Positions 9,082 through 16,819 of a stretch of 20,924 bases of DNA are shown here, piece by piece. The position numbers and the translations under genes are program-made. Within the stretch, counting starts at the first letter, position 1. Every line of letters starts with the position of its first letter. The notes under the pieces were generated by a model. The model did not search any database. It was not told the DNA's origin and saw only the letters and a program-made list of their open reading frames with translations. This DNA comes from Gemmatimonadaceae bacterium (GTDB taxonomy: Bacteria; Gemmatimonadota; Gemmatimonadetes; Gemmatimonadales; Gemmatimonadaceae): the NCBI GenBank assembly GCA_033763905.1, contig JANRJP010000076.1, positions 1 through 20,924 of the forward strand. The letters run 5' to 3'.

Positions 9082-10168
9082 GCTCTGGCACGTGGGACTG
9101 CTGCTGACCTGTGCCGCGTCGACGGCCATCGCACAGGACGCCGAGAAGAAGCCGAAGAAGGAGAAGACGCCCGGCGACAGCGCCGCCGTCGACACCACCC
9201 CGCGCAAACTCTTCCGCGACAAGAGTGAGCTGCTGCAGATCACGATCACGTCGGATCTCAAGAAGTTCGTCCGGATGCGCGAACGTGGACGGCCGCCGAT
9301 TCCCGCCAAGCTCGACTGGAAGGTCGGCAGCGACACCGCGGTGGGCACCCTGCCGATTCAGATCGGCACCCGCGGCAACTTCCGGCTGCGTGATCGCAAC
9401 TGTTCGTTCCCGCCGGTGCGGCTGATCCTCAACGAGGACGTCGCCAAGAAGACGCTGTGGGCGGGCCAGAAGCGGCTCAAGCTCGTCACGCGCTGCAATG
9501 AGGGGAAGGACTACGAGCAGTACATCCTGCAGGAGTATGCGCTCTACGAGATCTACAATCTCCTCACGCCGATGTCGTTCCGCGCTCGACTGGCCCGCGT
9601 CGCGTATCGCGATCAGCTCGGCAAGGAGAAGCCGATCGACACCTATGCCTTCCTGATCGAAGACGATGGCGATATGGCCAAGCGGCTTGGCGGCAAGATC
9701 ACCGATGCCCAGAACGCCGTCTTCGACGACGTGGACGGCGAGACGATGGATCTCGTCGGCGCGTTCGAGTTTCTGATCGGCAACACCGACTGGTCGGTGG
9801 GCGGCCTGCACAACATCAAGCTCGTGCTGCGTCGCGATGCGATCGTCTTCCCGGTGGCCTACGACTTCGATCACTCGGGCGCGGTGAATGCGCGGTACGC
9901 CACCACCGATCCCAAGCTGCGCATTCGCGCGGTGCGCGACCGGTTGTATCGCGGCAAGTGTATGACGCCGGAGCAGGAAGCGGCGATGGTCGCGCGCTTC
10001 AACGAAAAGAAGGCCGCGATCTATGCGGTCTACGATCGCATTCCCGATCTCGATCCGAAGATCGTCAAGGACACGCGCGAATACTTCGACGAGTTCTACG
10101 AGACGCTCAACGACGCCCGGCTTCGGAAGCGTCGGATGCTCGACGAGTGCCAAGCGATCGGGAACTGA
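9071..10168 (+). CDS. Secreted CotH-like atypical kinase-fold protein (365 aa)
   Basis: Signal peptide ending TAIA-Q. RGNFR, KLVTRC, QEYALYEIYNLL, FLIED, FLIGNTDW...HN and YDFD resemble CotH-type kinase motifs. Overlaps the upstream gene's stop. Confidence 0.65.
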   Translation: MMRKLWHVGLLLTCAASTAIAQDAEKKPKKEKTPGDSAAVDTTPRKLFRDKSELLQITITSDLKKFVRMRERGRPPIPAKLDWKVGSDTAVGTLPIQIGTRGNFRLRDRNCSFPPVRLILNEDVAKKTLWAGQKRLKLVTRCNEGKDYEQYILQEYALYEIYNLLTPMSFRARLARVAYRDQLGKEKPIDTYAFLIEDDGDMAKRLGGKITDAQNAVFDDVDGETMDLVGAFEFLIGNTDWSVGGLHNIKLVLRRDAIVFPVAYDFDHSGAVNARYATTDPKLRIRAVRDRLYRGKCMTPEQEAAMVARFNEKKAAIYAVYDRIPDLDPKIVKDTREYFDEFYETLNDARLRKRRMLDECQAIGN

Positions 10169-11462
10169 TCCGCCACACCACCGGGCCGAGCGCTATCGCC
10201 AGCCCTGCGGCGAGCGCGGCCGGAAGACCGAGTTCACCGTCGTGCACAGCCAACCCGATGATCACCGCAATGGTGATCATCGGGAGCAGCGCCAGCGCCA
10301 CGACCCCCACCGTGCCCACCGGCAGCCGGAAGGCGCCGCGGAGCGCGGGTTCCCGACGTCGCAGGGCAATGAGGGCGGCAAACTCCAGTGCCACCGCCAT
10401 CGCGTAGAGCAACACGTCCGCGACGACGAGCGAGCCGAGCGGAAACAGCGCGAACACCGAATACACCACCGCCGAACCGACCACTGCCACCCGCGGCGTG
10501 CCACGCGCGTCGGTACGCGTCAGTGCCCTCGGCAACAGGCCGTCGGCGGCCACGACCATCGGCAGTCGCGAATAGGTCATCAGATACGCGGTGAAGAAGG
10601 CGAACGCGCTCGCCATCCCCGCAGCCGCAATCCACGGCGCCAGCACTGCGCCCACCGGCCCCCCGACCGCCGCGCGCGCAATCTCGGGCCAGCCGCCTTC
10701 ACGCCACGTCGTCCAATCGGTCGCGCCGAGTGCGGGCAGCAACGAGAGCAGGTACACGCCGGCCACCAGCGGCACCGTAATGGCCAAGGCGCGCGGATAC
10801 GTACGCCCCGCGTCGCGGACTTCGCCGCCAACCGTGCTGGCGTTGTCCCAGCCGATGTAGTTCCACAACGCGAGCGAACACGCCACGCCCAACGACCCCA
10901 ATGCGCTTTCGCCCGGCTTCACGAACGGCTGCCACGGGACGTGCTGCCAGTGCGGAAGGGCGCCGAGGGCCATCGTGGCAAATGCCCCGAGCACCAGCAC
11001 GCCAATGACCGTCGCCGCGCGGCCCACACCGCGCGCGCCAGCCAGATTCAACGCCGTGGCGGTCCAGATCATCGCGAGCGCCGCGATCCACTGTTGGGTC
11101 TCGGTGAGCCCGGGCACGAACCACGCGAGGTAGGTCGTGAAGAAGATCGGATACAGCGCCATATCGACCAGCGAATAGCACCAGGTGATCCACGCGTTCT
11201 GAAATCCCCAGAAGCCGCCGAACGCACGCTTCACCCACGCGTAGTAGCCCCCTTCTTCCGGCAGCATCGACGCGAGTTCGCCAATCAACAGGGCTTCCGG
11301 CACCGCCCACACCAGCGGCAACAGCGCCAGCACCAGCAGCGCCATCCCGGGACCCACTGACGCGACGAGCGCCTCGGTGGTGTACGGCCCCCCCGAGACC
11401 TGGAAGTACATCACGAAGACGAGGCCCGCCGTCCCGAGCGTGCGCGTCACCGGCACACTCAC
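10107..11462 (-). CDS. APC-superfamily amino acid/polyamine permease (451 aa)
   Basis: About 12 hydrophobic segments. SGGPY, ELASMLPEEGGYYAWVKRAFG, WNYIGWDNASTVGGEV, SRL...ADGLLP and GTP. GGAGG RBS upstream of the GTG. Confidence 0.92.
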   Translation of the reverse strand: MSVPVTRTLGTAGLVFVMYFQVSGGPYTTEALVASVGPGMALLVLALLPLVWAVPEALLIGELASMLPEEGGYYAWVKRAFGGFWGFQNAWITWCYSLVDMALYPIFFTTYLAWFVPGLTETQQWIAALAMIWTATALNLAGARGVGRAATVIGVLVLGAFATMALGALPHWQHVPWQPFVKPGESALGSLGVACSLALWNYIGWDNASTVGGEVRDAGRTYPRALAITVPLVAGVYLLSLLPALGATDWTTWREGGWPEIARAAVGGPVGAVLAPWIAAAGMASAFAFFTAYLMTYSRLPMVVAADGLLPRALTRTDARGTPRVAVVGSAVVYSVFALFPLGSLVVADVLLYAMAVALEFAALIALRRREPALRGAFRLPVGTVGVVALALLPMITIAVIIGLAVHDGELGLPAALAAGLAIALGPVVWRISSRSLGTRRASDASEAGRR

Positions 11463-11478
11463 GACGACGGGCCTCCGG

Positions 11479-11500
11479 CCTCGCGCGGCATCGCGCGAGG
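11479..11500. other. Intercistronic hairpin between the M16 peptidase and the APC permease
   Basis: CCTCGCGCG-GCAT-CGCGCGAGG, a perfect 9-bp stem with no U-tract. Confidence 0.55.
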
Positions 11501-11502
11501 AA

Positions 11503-14310
11503 TCAGGGCTTGACCGCCTGCGCCTTCTTCGCGGCGCCGGCGAAGTCGCCCGCCTTCACCAGCACGAAGGCCTTGGGATCGATGTACTGCTTGAGCGCCG
11601 CGTTGACCTGATCCACGGTCAGCGCCTTCACCTTGGCTTCGAGCGCCGCGTCCCACGCCGTGGTGCGCTTGTAATACGCCTGCTGCCCGAGCAGCGCCGC
11701 CAAGGCCCCGTCCGCCGCACGGCCCTGCGCACGCTCCTGCAACCAGCCGGCCTTGTTGCGCTCGAGCTCTTCGGCCGTGACGCCTTCGGTGGTGAGCTTC
11801 ACCAATTCCTCGCGCATCGCCGCTTCGAGCCGCGCCGCGTTCTCCGGGGCCAGAATCGCGAAGGTCAGGAACACCGCCGCCGGATCGAACGGCCCCACCA
11901 CCAGCTGGGCGCCAGCGCCGTACGAGAGCCCTTCCTTCTGCCGCAACCGCGCGACGATGCGCGAGTTGAGCGGCGAGCCACCGAAGATGTACGCGCCCAG
12001 CTGCAACGCCGGGTAGTCCGGATTGTCATCGCGCATCGGAATCGTCGTACCCGCCGCCACCAGCGCCTGCGCCTTGTCCGGCGTCTCGAAGGTGATCACG
12101 GTATCGCGCATCTTGGCGAACGGATTCGACACGCGAGCGAAGGCGGTCGGGCTCTTCCACGAGCCAAAGAGTTCCTTTGCCACCGTGGTCACCGTGTCGC
12201 GATCGAAGTCGCCGACCACCACGAGCGTGGCCGCCGAGGCGCCGTAGAACTGCGAGTGGAACGCCTTCACCTGCGCCAAGGTCACCGCCTGCAGCGACGC
12301 CAAGGCTTCGTCGGTCGTTTCCACATAGCCCACCTCACCCGGCGATCGCGGCGTCAACGCGCGCTGAATCGCGGTAATGGCCTTCACCTGCGGCTCCGAC
12401 CGACCCGCTTCGATCTGGGCCTGCGACTGCTTCACGAGCTGATCGAACTCGGTCGAATCGAACGACGGGGCCTTGAGCACCTCGGCGAGGAGCCGCAGCG
12501 TCGGCACGAGATTGCCGCGGGTGGTTTCGACGTTCGCGACGACCTGATTGCCCTGACCGCCAACGTTGGCCCGCGCCTTCAACTGATCGAACGCATCCTT
12601 GAGTTGCTGACGCGTCTTCCCGCCTGCGCCGCGCTGCAACATCGCCGCCGTCAGCTGCGAGACCGTGCCCTTCCCCTTGAGCGTTTCGGCCGAGCCCAAG
12701 CGCAGCGTCAGCACCGCGCGCACCGCCTCCCCGCGCGTCCGCTTGGCCAGCAGTGCGGTTTCGAAGCCGCCGGGCCACGTCGTGCGCACCGTGCGGCTGT
12801 CGATGTTCTCGGGCGACGGATCGAACGCTTCGCCCAACGCCACCGTCGCACGGCCCTTGTAGTCGCGCACCAGCGTCGACGGATCCGTCGCTTCGGCGAC
12901 CTCGGTACGATCCGCCTTCTCGGTCGGGATGAACTGCCCCACCGTCCGATTCGAACCCTTGAGGTACAGCGCCGCCACGCGGTTCACATCCTCCGGCGTG
13001 ACCTTCTCGAGCCAATCGCGCGACAGGAACGCCAGGCGCCAGTCGCCGAACGACGCGTACTCCGACAACCCGATCGCGCTGGCCTGCGAGTTGTTGAAGC
13101 TCAGTTCGATGTCCTTGAGCAGCGAAGTCTTGGCGCGATCCACTTCCGCCTTCGTGATCGGATTCGCCGCGAGGCCTTCGAGCGTCTCGAGCAACGCCGC
13201 GCGCGCCGCATCGAGGTTGTCTTCCTTGCGCAGCACCGCGAAGGCCAGGAGCAGCCCGGGTTCGCGCAACTGGAACGGCTGCGCAAACGTCGACACCGCG
13301 AGCTTCTTCTCGACCAGCGCCTTGTAGAGGCGACCCGACGGCGTGTCGCCGAGCACGAACGACAGCACGCGCAGCGGCGCGAAGTCCGGATGCGTGCCGG
13401 CCACGACGTGATACGCCGCACCCACCAGCTGCACGTCGCCCGCGCGGCGGAGCGTGACCATCCGCTCGCCATCCTGCGCGCCATCGCGCGTGTACGTCGG
13501 GTAGAGCAGGTTGCAGCGATCGAGCGAGCGCACCGGCTTCGGAATGCGACCGAAGGTCTCGCCGATCACGCGCAGCGTCTTGGCCTCGTCGAACTTGCCG
13601 GCGACGACGAGAATGGCGTTGTCGGGCTGATAGTAGCGGCGGTAGAACGCCTGCAAGCGCTCGATCGGCACGCCTTCGATGTCGGCACGCGCGCCGATCG
13701 GCAGGTTGCCGTAGTTGTGCCAATCGTACGCGGTCGCCAGCACCCGCTTGAACAACACCGACTGCGGCGAGTTCTCACCGCCTTCGTATTCGTTGCGCAC
13801 CACGGTGTACTCGGTCTGCAGATCTTCCTTCGCAATGAACGAGTTCACCATCCGGTCCGCTTCGAAGCCCAGCGCCCACGCGACGTTGTCGTCGGACGCA
13901 TTGAGCGTTTCGTAGTAGTTCGTGCGATCGAAGCTCGTCGTGCCGTTGTACGAGGCGCCGCGCGCTTCGAGCTCCTTCGGAATGTTGCGCATCTTCGGCG
14001 TGCCCTTGAACACCATATGCTCGAGCAGATGCGCCATCCCCGTTTCCCCGTAGCCCTCGTGGCGAGAGCCCACGAGGTACGTGACGTTGATCGTCACCTT
14101 GGGTTGGGTGGCGTCGGGGAAGAGCAGCACCTTGAGCCCATTGGGCAGGCTGTACTCGGTGATCCCTTCGACCGTGGCGCCCTTCACCGGGAGGGTGGGC
14201 GCCGCGGCCGCGGCACGCGGCGCCCGCGGCTGGGCCGCGGCGACAGTCGAACCGAGGACGGCAGCACAACAGAGCGAGAATCCCGCGGCACGTCGCACGA
14301 AAGCAGACAT
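11503..14310 (-). CDS. M16 family zinc metallopeptidase (pitrilysin/PqqL-like), secreted, 935 aa
   Basis: Signal peptide, LPNGLKVLL, inverted zinc motif HLLEH, NGTTSFDRTNY, FYRRYYQPDNA and the C-terminal half RLRQKEGLSYG. Confidence 0.95.
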   Translation of the reverse strand: MSAFVRRAAGFSLCCAAVLGSTVAAAQPRAPRAAAAAPTLPVKGATVEGITEYSLPNGLKVLLFPDATQPKVTINVTYLVGSRHEGYGETGMAHLLEHMVFKGTPKMRNIPKELEARGASYNGTTSFDRTNYYETLNASDDNVAWALGFEADRMVNSFIAKEDLQTEYTVVRNEYEGGENSPQSVLFKRVLATAYDWHNYGNLPIGARADIEGVPIERLQAFYRRYYQPDNAILVVAGKFDEAKTLRVIGETFGRIPKPVRSLDRCNLLYPTYTRDGAQDGERMVTLRRAGDVQLVGAAYHVVAGTHPDFAPLRVLSFVLGDTPSGRLYKALVEKKLAVSTFAQPFQLREPGLLLAFAVLRKEDNLDAARAALLETLEGLAANPITKAEVDRAKTSLLKDIELSFNNSQASAIGLSEYASFGDWRLAFLSRDWLEKVTPEDVNRVAALYLKGSNRTVGQFIPTEKADRTEVAEATDPSTLVRDYKGRATVALGEAFDPSPENIDSRTVRTTWPGGFETALLAKRTRGEAVRAVLTLRLGSAETLKGKGTVSQLTAAMLQRGAGGKTRQQLKDAFDQLKARANVGGQGNQVVANVETTRGNLVPTLRLLAEVLKAPSFDSTEFDQLVKQSQAQIEAGRSEPQVKAITAIQRALTPRSPGEVGYVETTDEALASLQAVTLAQVKAFHSQFYGASAATLVVVGDFDRDTVTTVAKELFGSWKSPTAFARVSNPFAKMRDTVITFETPDKAQALVAAGTTIPMRDDNPDYPALQLGAYIFGGSPLNSRIVARLRQKEGLSYGAGAQLVVGPFDPAAVFLTFAILAPENAARLEAAMREELVKLTTEGVTAEELERNKAGWLQERAQGRAADGALAALLGQQAYYKRTTAWDAALEAKVKALTVDQVNAALKQYIDPKAFVLVKAGDFAGAAKKAQAVKP

Positions 14311-14337
14311 TGTCGAATGGTGGTTGGAGGCCCTTCA

Positions 14338-14346
14338 AACGTAGCA
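14338..14346 (-). promoter_or_regulatory. Possible extended -10 promoter for the M16 peptidase
   Basis: Minus strand TG-C-TACGTT about 28 nt upstream of ATG 14310. Confidence 0.35.
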
Positions 14347-14439
14347 GTGCGGTGGGATGGGGTGGTGCCCCCACGCGCCGCGCCCCGCCCTGCCACCCGC
14401 GTGATGGCATCGGGGCGCGCATCGAATGATTCTCCGGCT

Positions 14440-15351
14440 ATGACTTCCCGCCTGATTTTCGTCGCCGCCGTCGCCGCGACCCTTGCCGCCTGCTCCCGCG
14501 GCCCCGACGCCGACGCCGCGCGCGCGGCCGATCCCGCCGCGACCCAGCAGTTGCTGCTCGCCGAGCAACTCGCCGCCCAGAAAGACTCGCTGACCCGCAT
14601 CGTCCTCGAGACTGACCGCTTCCTCGTGGCCGTGGATTCGCAGCTCGATCGCGTCCCGGCCACTCGCACCGGACCACGCCCCCAAGTCGCGTCCGAAAGC
14701 CCGGTCGAACAACAGTTGCAGGACCGGCAGGCTCTGCTCGAACGGGTCGAACAGCTCGTCGAGCGCACCCGCGCCACCGGACGGCAGCTTGCCGAAGCCC
14801 GCAAGCGCAACAAGGCCCTCGAAGCCGAAATGGCCAGCCGCGCCGCCGAAAGCGACACGATCATCGCCGAACTCGGCGCCACCGTGCAGCGCCAGCTCGC
14901 GACCATCCAGACGCTGCAGGGACGGGTCGACAGCTTGAGCACGGTCGCCCAGGCGCTGGAGCGCGACACCACCACGCTCCGCAGCGAAGTCCGTGGACTC
15001 TCTGACGCGCAGGCGCGCGCCTATGTGGCGATCGGCACCGAGAGCGATTTGCTCGCGCGCGGCGTCATTGTGCGCGAAGGCGGGGCGAACCTGGTCGTCG
15101 CACGAGTCGGCCGCACCTTGCAGCCGGCCAAGAATCTGCCCAAGGACGCCTTCACGCCGCTCGACATTCGGACCACCACGCGCATCGCACTCCCCGACAG
15201 CACGCGCCGCTACGAAATCGTCTCACGCCACGCGCTGTCCTTCACCGACAGCACCACCCACGACGGCAACGGGGTCCGTCGCGCATTGCGCATCACGGAC
15301 CCCGGCCAGTTCTGGGCTACGTCTCGATATCTGATTCTGGTGCAGCGCTGA
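14440..15351 (+). CDS. Coiled-coil lipoprotein (303 aa) resembling the Bacteroides Cbp1 collagen-binding adhesin family
   Basis: MTSRLIFVAAVAATLAAC lipobox, long heptad-rich helix, and C-terminal AYVAIGTESDLLARGVI...LDIR...LRITDPGQFWATSRYLILV. The upstream extension in the track ORF is antisense shadow of the M16 gene. Family assignment is from memory. Confidence 0.75.
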   Translation: MTSRLIFVAAVAATLAACSRGPDADAARAADPAATQQLLLAEQLAAQKDSLTRIVLETDRFLVAVDSQLDRVPATRTGPRPQVASESPVEQQLQDRQALLERVEQLVERTRATGRQLAEARKRNKALEAEMASRAAESDTIIAELGATVQRQLATIQTLQGRVDSLSTVAQALERDTTTLRSEVRGLSDAQARAYVAIGTESDLLARGVIVREGGANLVVARVGRTLQPAKNLPKDAFTPLDIRTTTRIALPDSTRRYEIVSRHALSFTDSTTHDGNGVRRALRITDPGQFWATSRYLILVQR

Positions 15352-15367
15352 GCGCGCTGCCCGCCGG

Positions 15368-15964
15368 TCAGAACGTCAGGCGCACCGTCACGGGAATCGA
15401 ACGCAGGCCCGCCACGCCACCCAGCACGTTGGGCGAGTAGCGATACCGCACCTCCACACCGGCTGCCGGCAGGATCGGCAGCCGGAACTCGGCCCCGACG
15501 CCCACGGAGTAGCCGACGCCGCTGTTCTCCTGCGATGCGAACGCCACGCTCCCCACGCCGTACTCACCCGTGGCGCGCGAGTAGTTCACGCCGCCGACGA
15601 CGTACCCACGGAAGACGATCAACGGCAGCACGGTCATCTCGCCCGACGCGCCGACCGACAGGATCTGCGTCGTGCCGCGGGACGACAGGTTCACGCCAGC
15701 CACCCGCACGCCGGCATCAGCATCGAAGCGGCTGATGCCTGCCTCGGCGCGCACGGCGAAGGGCGTCAGCGGAATCCCGAGCCGATACCCCACAGCCCCG
15801 GTGATCCCCTGCTTCAGTAGCGTGCCGCCTTCGCCCTGCGGCAATTCGACGCCGCCCGAGATCGACAGCGCGCCCGGCACCAGCGGCACCTGAGCCGATG
15901 CGGTGGTGACCGTGGTCGCCGCCGCACACACGGCGGCGGCCATTGCGATGACGTAGTGACGCAT
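15368..15964 (-). CDS. Small outer-membrane beta-barrel protein (198 aa)
   Basis: AGGAG RBS, then signal peptide MRHYVIAMAAAVCAAATTVTTASAQ. Alternating amphipathic strands and C-terminal IPVTVRLTF with terminal Phe. Confidence 0.82.
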   Translation of the reverse strand: MRHYVIAMAAAVCAAATTVTTASAQVPLVPGALSISGGVELPQGEGGTLLKQGITGAVGYRLGIPLTPFAVRAEAGISRFDADAGVRVAGVNLSSRGTTQILSVGASGEMTVLPLIVFRGYVVGGVNYSRATGEYGVGSVAFASQENSGVGYSVGVGAEFRLPILPAAGVEVRYRYSPNVLGGVAGLRSIPVTVRLTF

Positions 15965-16002
15965 CAACAGCTCCTGAGAAGAAGTGGGTCGTCCGCGAAA
16001 CG

Positions 16003-16395
16003 TTACTGCGGCGGTTGCAGAAGGGCGAGCACGGCGCCGGCGGGATCCGCAATGACGGCCAGCGTGCCATACGAGCCCATCGAGGATGCCGGTCGAATGA
16101 TTCGGCCACCTCGCGCGGTACAGGCGGCCAGAGCGGCGTGCACGTCGGGCACGCTGACGTAGTTGAGCCACTGCGGCGGGATGTCCGCATTCGGCCCGCG
16201 CGCGTGACAGATCCCGGCCACACCCGTCTCGCCGTCCGACGCGATCATCGCGTAGTCCTCGTAGCCGTCCATTGCCACGGTCTGGAAGGTCCAGCCGCAC
16301 ACCGCAGCGTAGAAGTCGCGGACCTCCGTGGCGTTGGCCACCGTCAGGTCGCTCCAGCCGATCGTCCCCATTGGCTTTGCCGTGCCGTCCGCCAT
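16003..16395 (-). CDS. VOC/glyoxalase family protein (about 130 aa)
   Basis: GTIGWSDLTV, FYAAVCGW, WLNYVSVPDV, GG and IADPAGA. Start re-called to ATG 16395; ATG 16371 is an alternative. Confidence 0.88.
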   Translation of the reverse strand: MADGTAKPMGTIGWSDLTVANATEVRDFYAAVCGWTFQTVAMDGYEDYAMIASDGETGVAGICHARGPNADIPPQWLNYVSVPDVHAALAACTARGGRIIRPASSMGSYGTLAVIADPAGAVLALLQPPQ

Positions 16396-16477
16396 TGCCG
16401 CCACACCGGAATCGGGTCCGGAAGACCGACGACCGGTCGCCCGGATCGTCACCGTTTCGCCACCGCCGCCCCGTCGC

Positions 16478-16506
16478 TTGACTTCCGGCCGGAACCGACC
16501 GATACT
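16478..16506 (+). promoter_or_regulatory. Sigma70-type promoter for the metX-hom leader
   Basis: TTGACT (16478-83), exactly 17 nt, then GATACT (16501-06). Predicted TSS near 16513, just upstream of the riboswitch. Confidence 0.75.
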
Positions 16507-16521
16507 CATCGCACAACAGAG

Positions 16522-16577
16522 TCCCGTCGTGATTTGCCGCTGCTTGCCGCGACGCTAAACAAGGTGCTAAACCGCGA
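16522..16577 (+). ncRNA. SAM-II (SAM_alpha-type) riboswitch aptamer
   Basis: CGTCGT-GATTTG-CCGCTG-CTTGC-C-GCGACG-CTAAACAAG-GT-GCTAAA matches the SAM-II layout. P1 is 16525-30 paired with 16549-54, and the pseudoknot is CTTG 16543-46 with CAAG 16560-63. It lies upstream of metX. Confidence 0.85.
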
Positions 16578-16582
16578 TCCAC

Positions 16583-16616
16583 TCCCCGGGCAGCCTCATC
16601 GTCTCGGGGATTTTTT
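16583..16616 (+). terminator. Intrinsic terminator T1 (riboswitch expression platform)
   Basis: TCCCCGGG (16583-90) pairs with CTCGGGGA (16603-10) and is followed by TTTTTT (16611-16). Confidence 0.65.
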
Positions 16617-16657
16617 CGTCCGAAGGGGTTTTTCCTTCCTCGCGCGCGTTTTCACCG

Positions 16658-16753
16658 ATGGTTCTGCGAACCGGCAACGGCTGCTGCACGATGTGCGGCT
16701 CTCCCTTGGGGAGAGACGGACGGGTGGCGCGCGTGCCGATGTGCGCCTGGTGA
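16658..16753 (+). CDS. Putative attenuator leader peptide, 31 aa: MVLRTGNGCCTMCGSPLGRDGRVARVPMCAW
   Basis: ATG 16658 to TGA 16751-53. Contains a TGC TGC ACG ATG TGC cluster (16682-96) and a second ATG TGC. Ends 25 nt before terminator T2. No clear SD, so the start is uncertain. Confidence 0.6.
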   Translation: MVLRTGNGCCTMCGSPLGRDGRVARVPMCAW

Positions 16754-16777
16754 TCTAGCGACCCTGCGTCGCCTGCC

Positions 16778-16819
16778 ACCCCCGGTCCTCTCTCCCGAGA
16801 GGGCCGGGGGTTTTTCGTT
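16778..16819 (+). terminator. Intrinsic terminator T2 (attenuator) in the metX 5' leader
   Basis: ACCCCCGGTCCTCTC-TCCC-GAGAGGGCCGGGGGT, a 14-15 bp stem with one G-U pair, followed by TTTTTCGTT. Confidence 0.88.

Noticed and set aside
11377..14439. N-terminal ~1000 aa of the 1324-aa plus-strand ORF
   Set aside because: Arg-rich antisense shadow of the M16 peptidase. The lipoprotein signal begins at 14440.
16554..16572. GCTAAAC tandem repeat as a transcription-factor site
   Set aside because: Explained by the conserved SAM-II 3' sequence (TAAACAA..GCTAAA).
16500..16620. SAM-I, SAM-I/IV or SAH riboswitch
   Set aside because: AGAG and GGTGC are present, but the GCAACC P3 strand and the SAH core are missing. 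The SAM-II layout fits much better.
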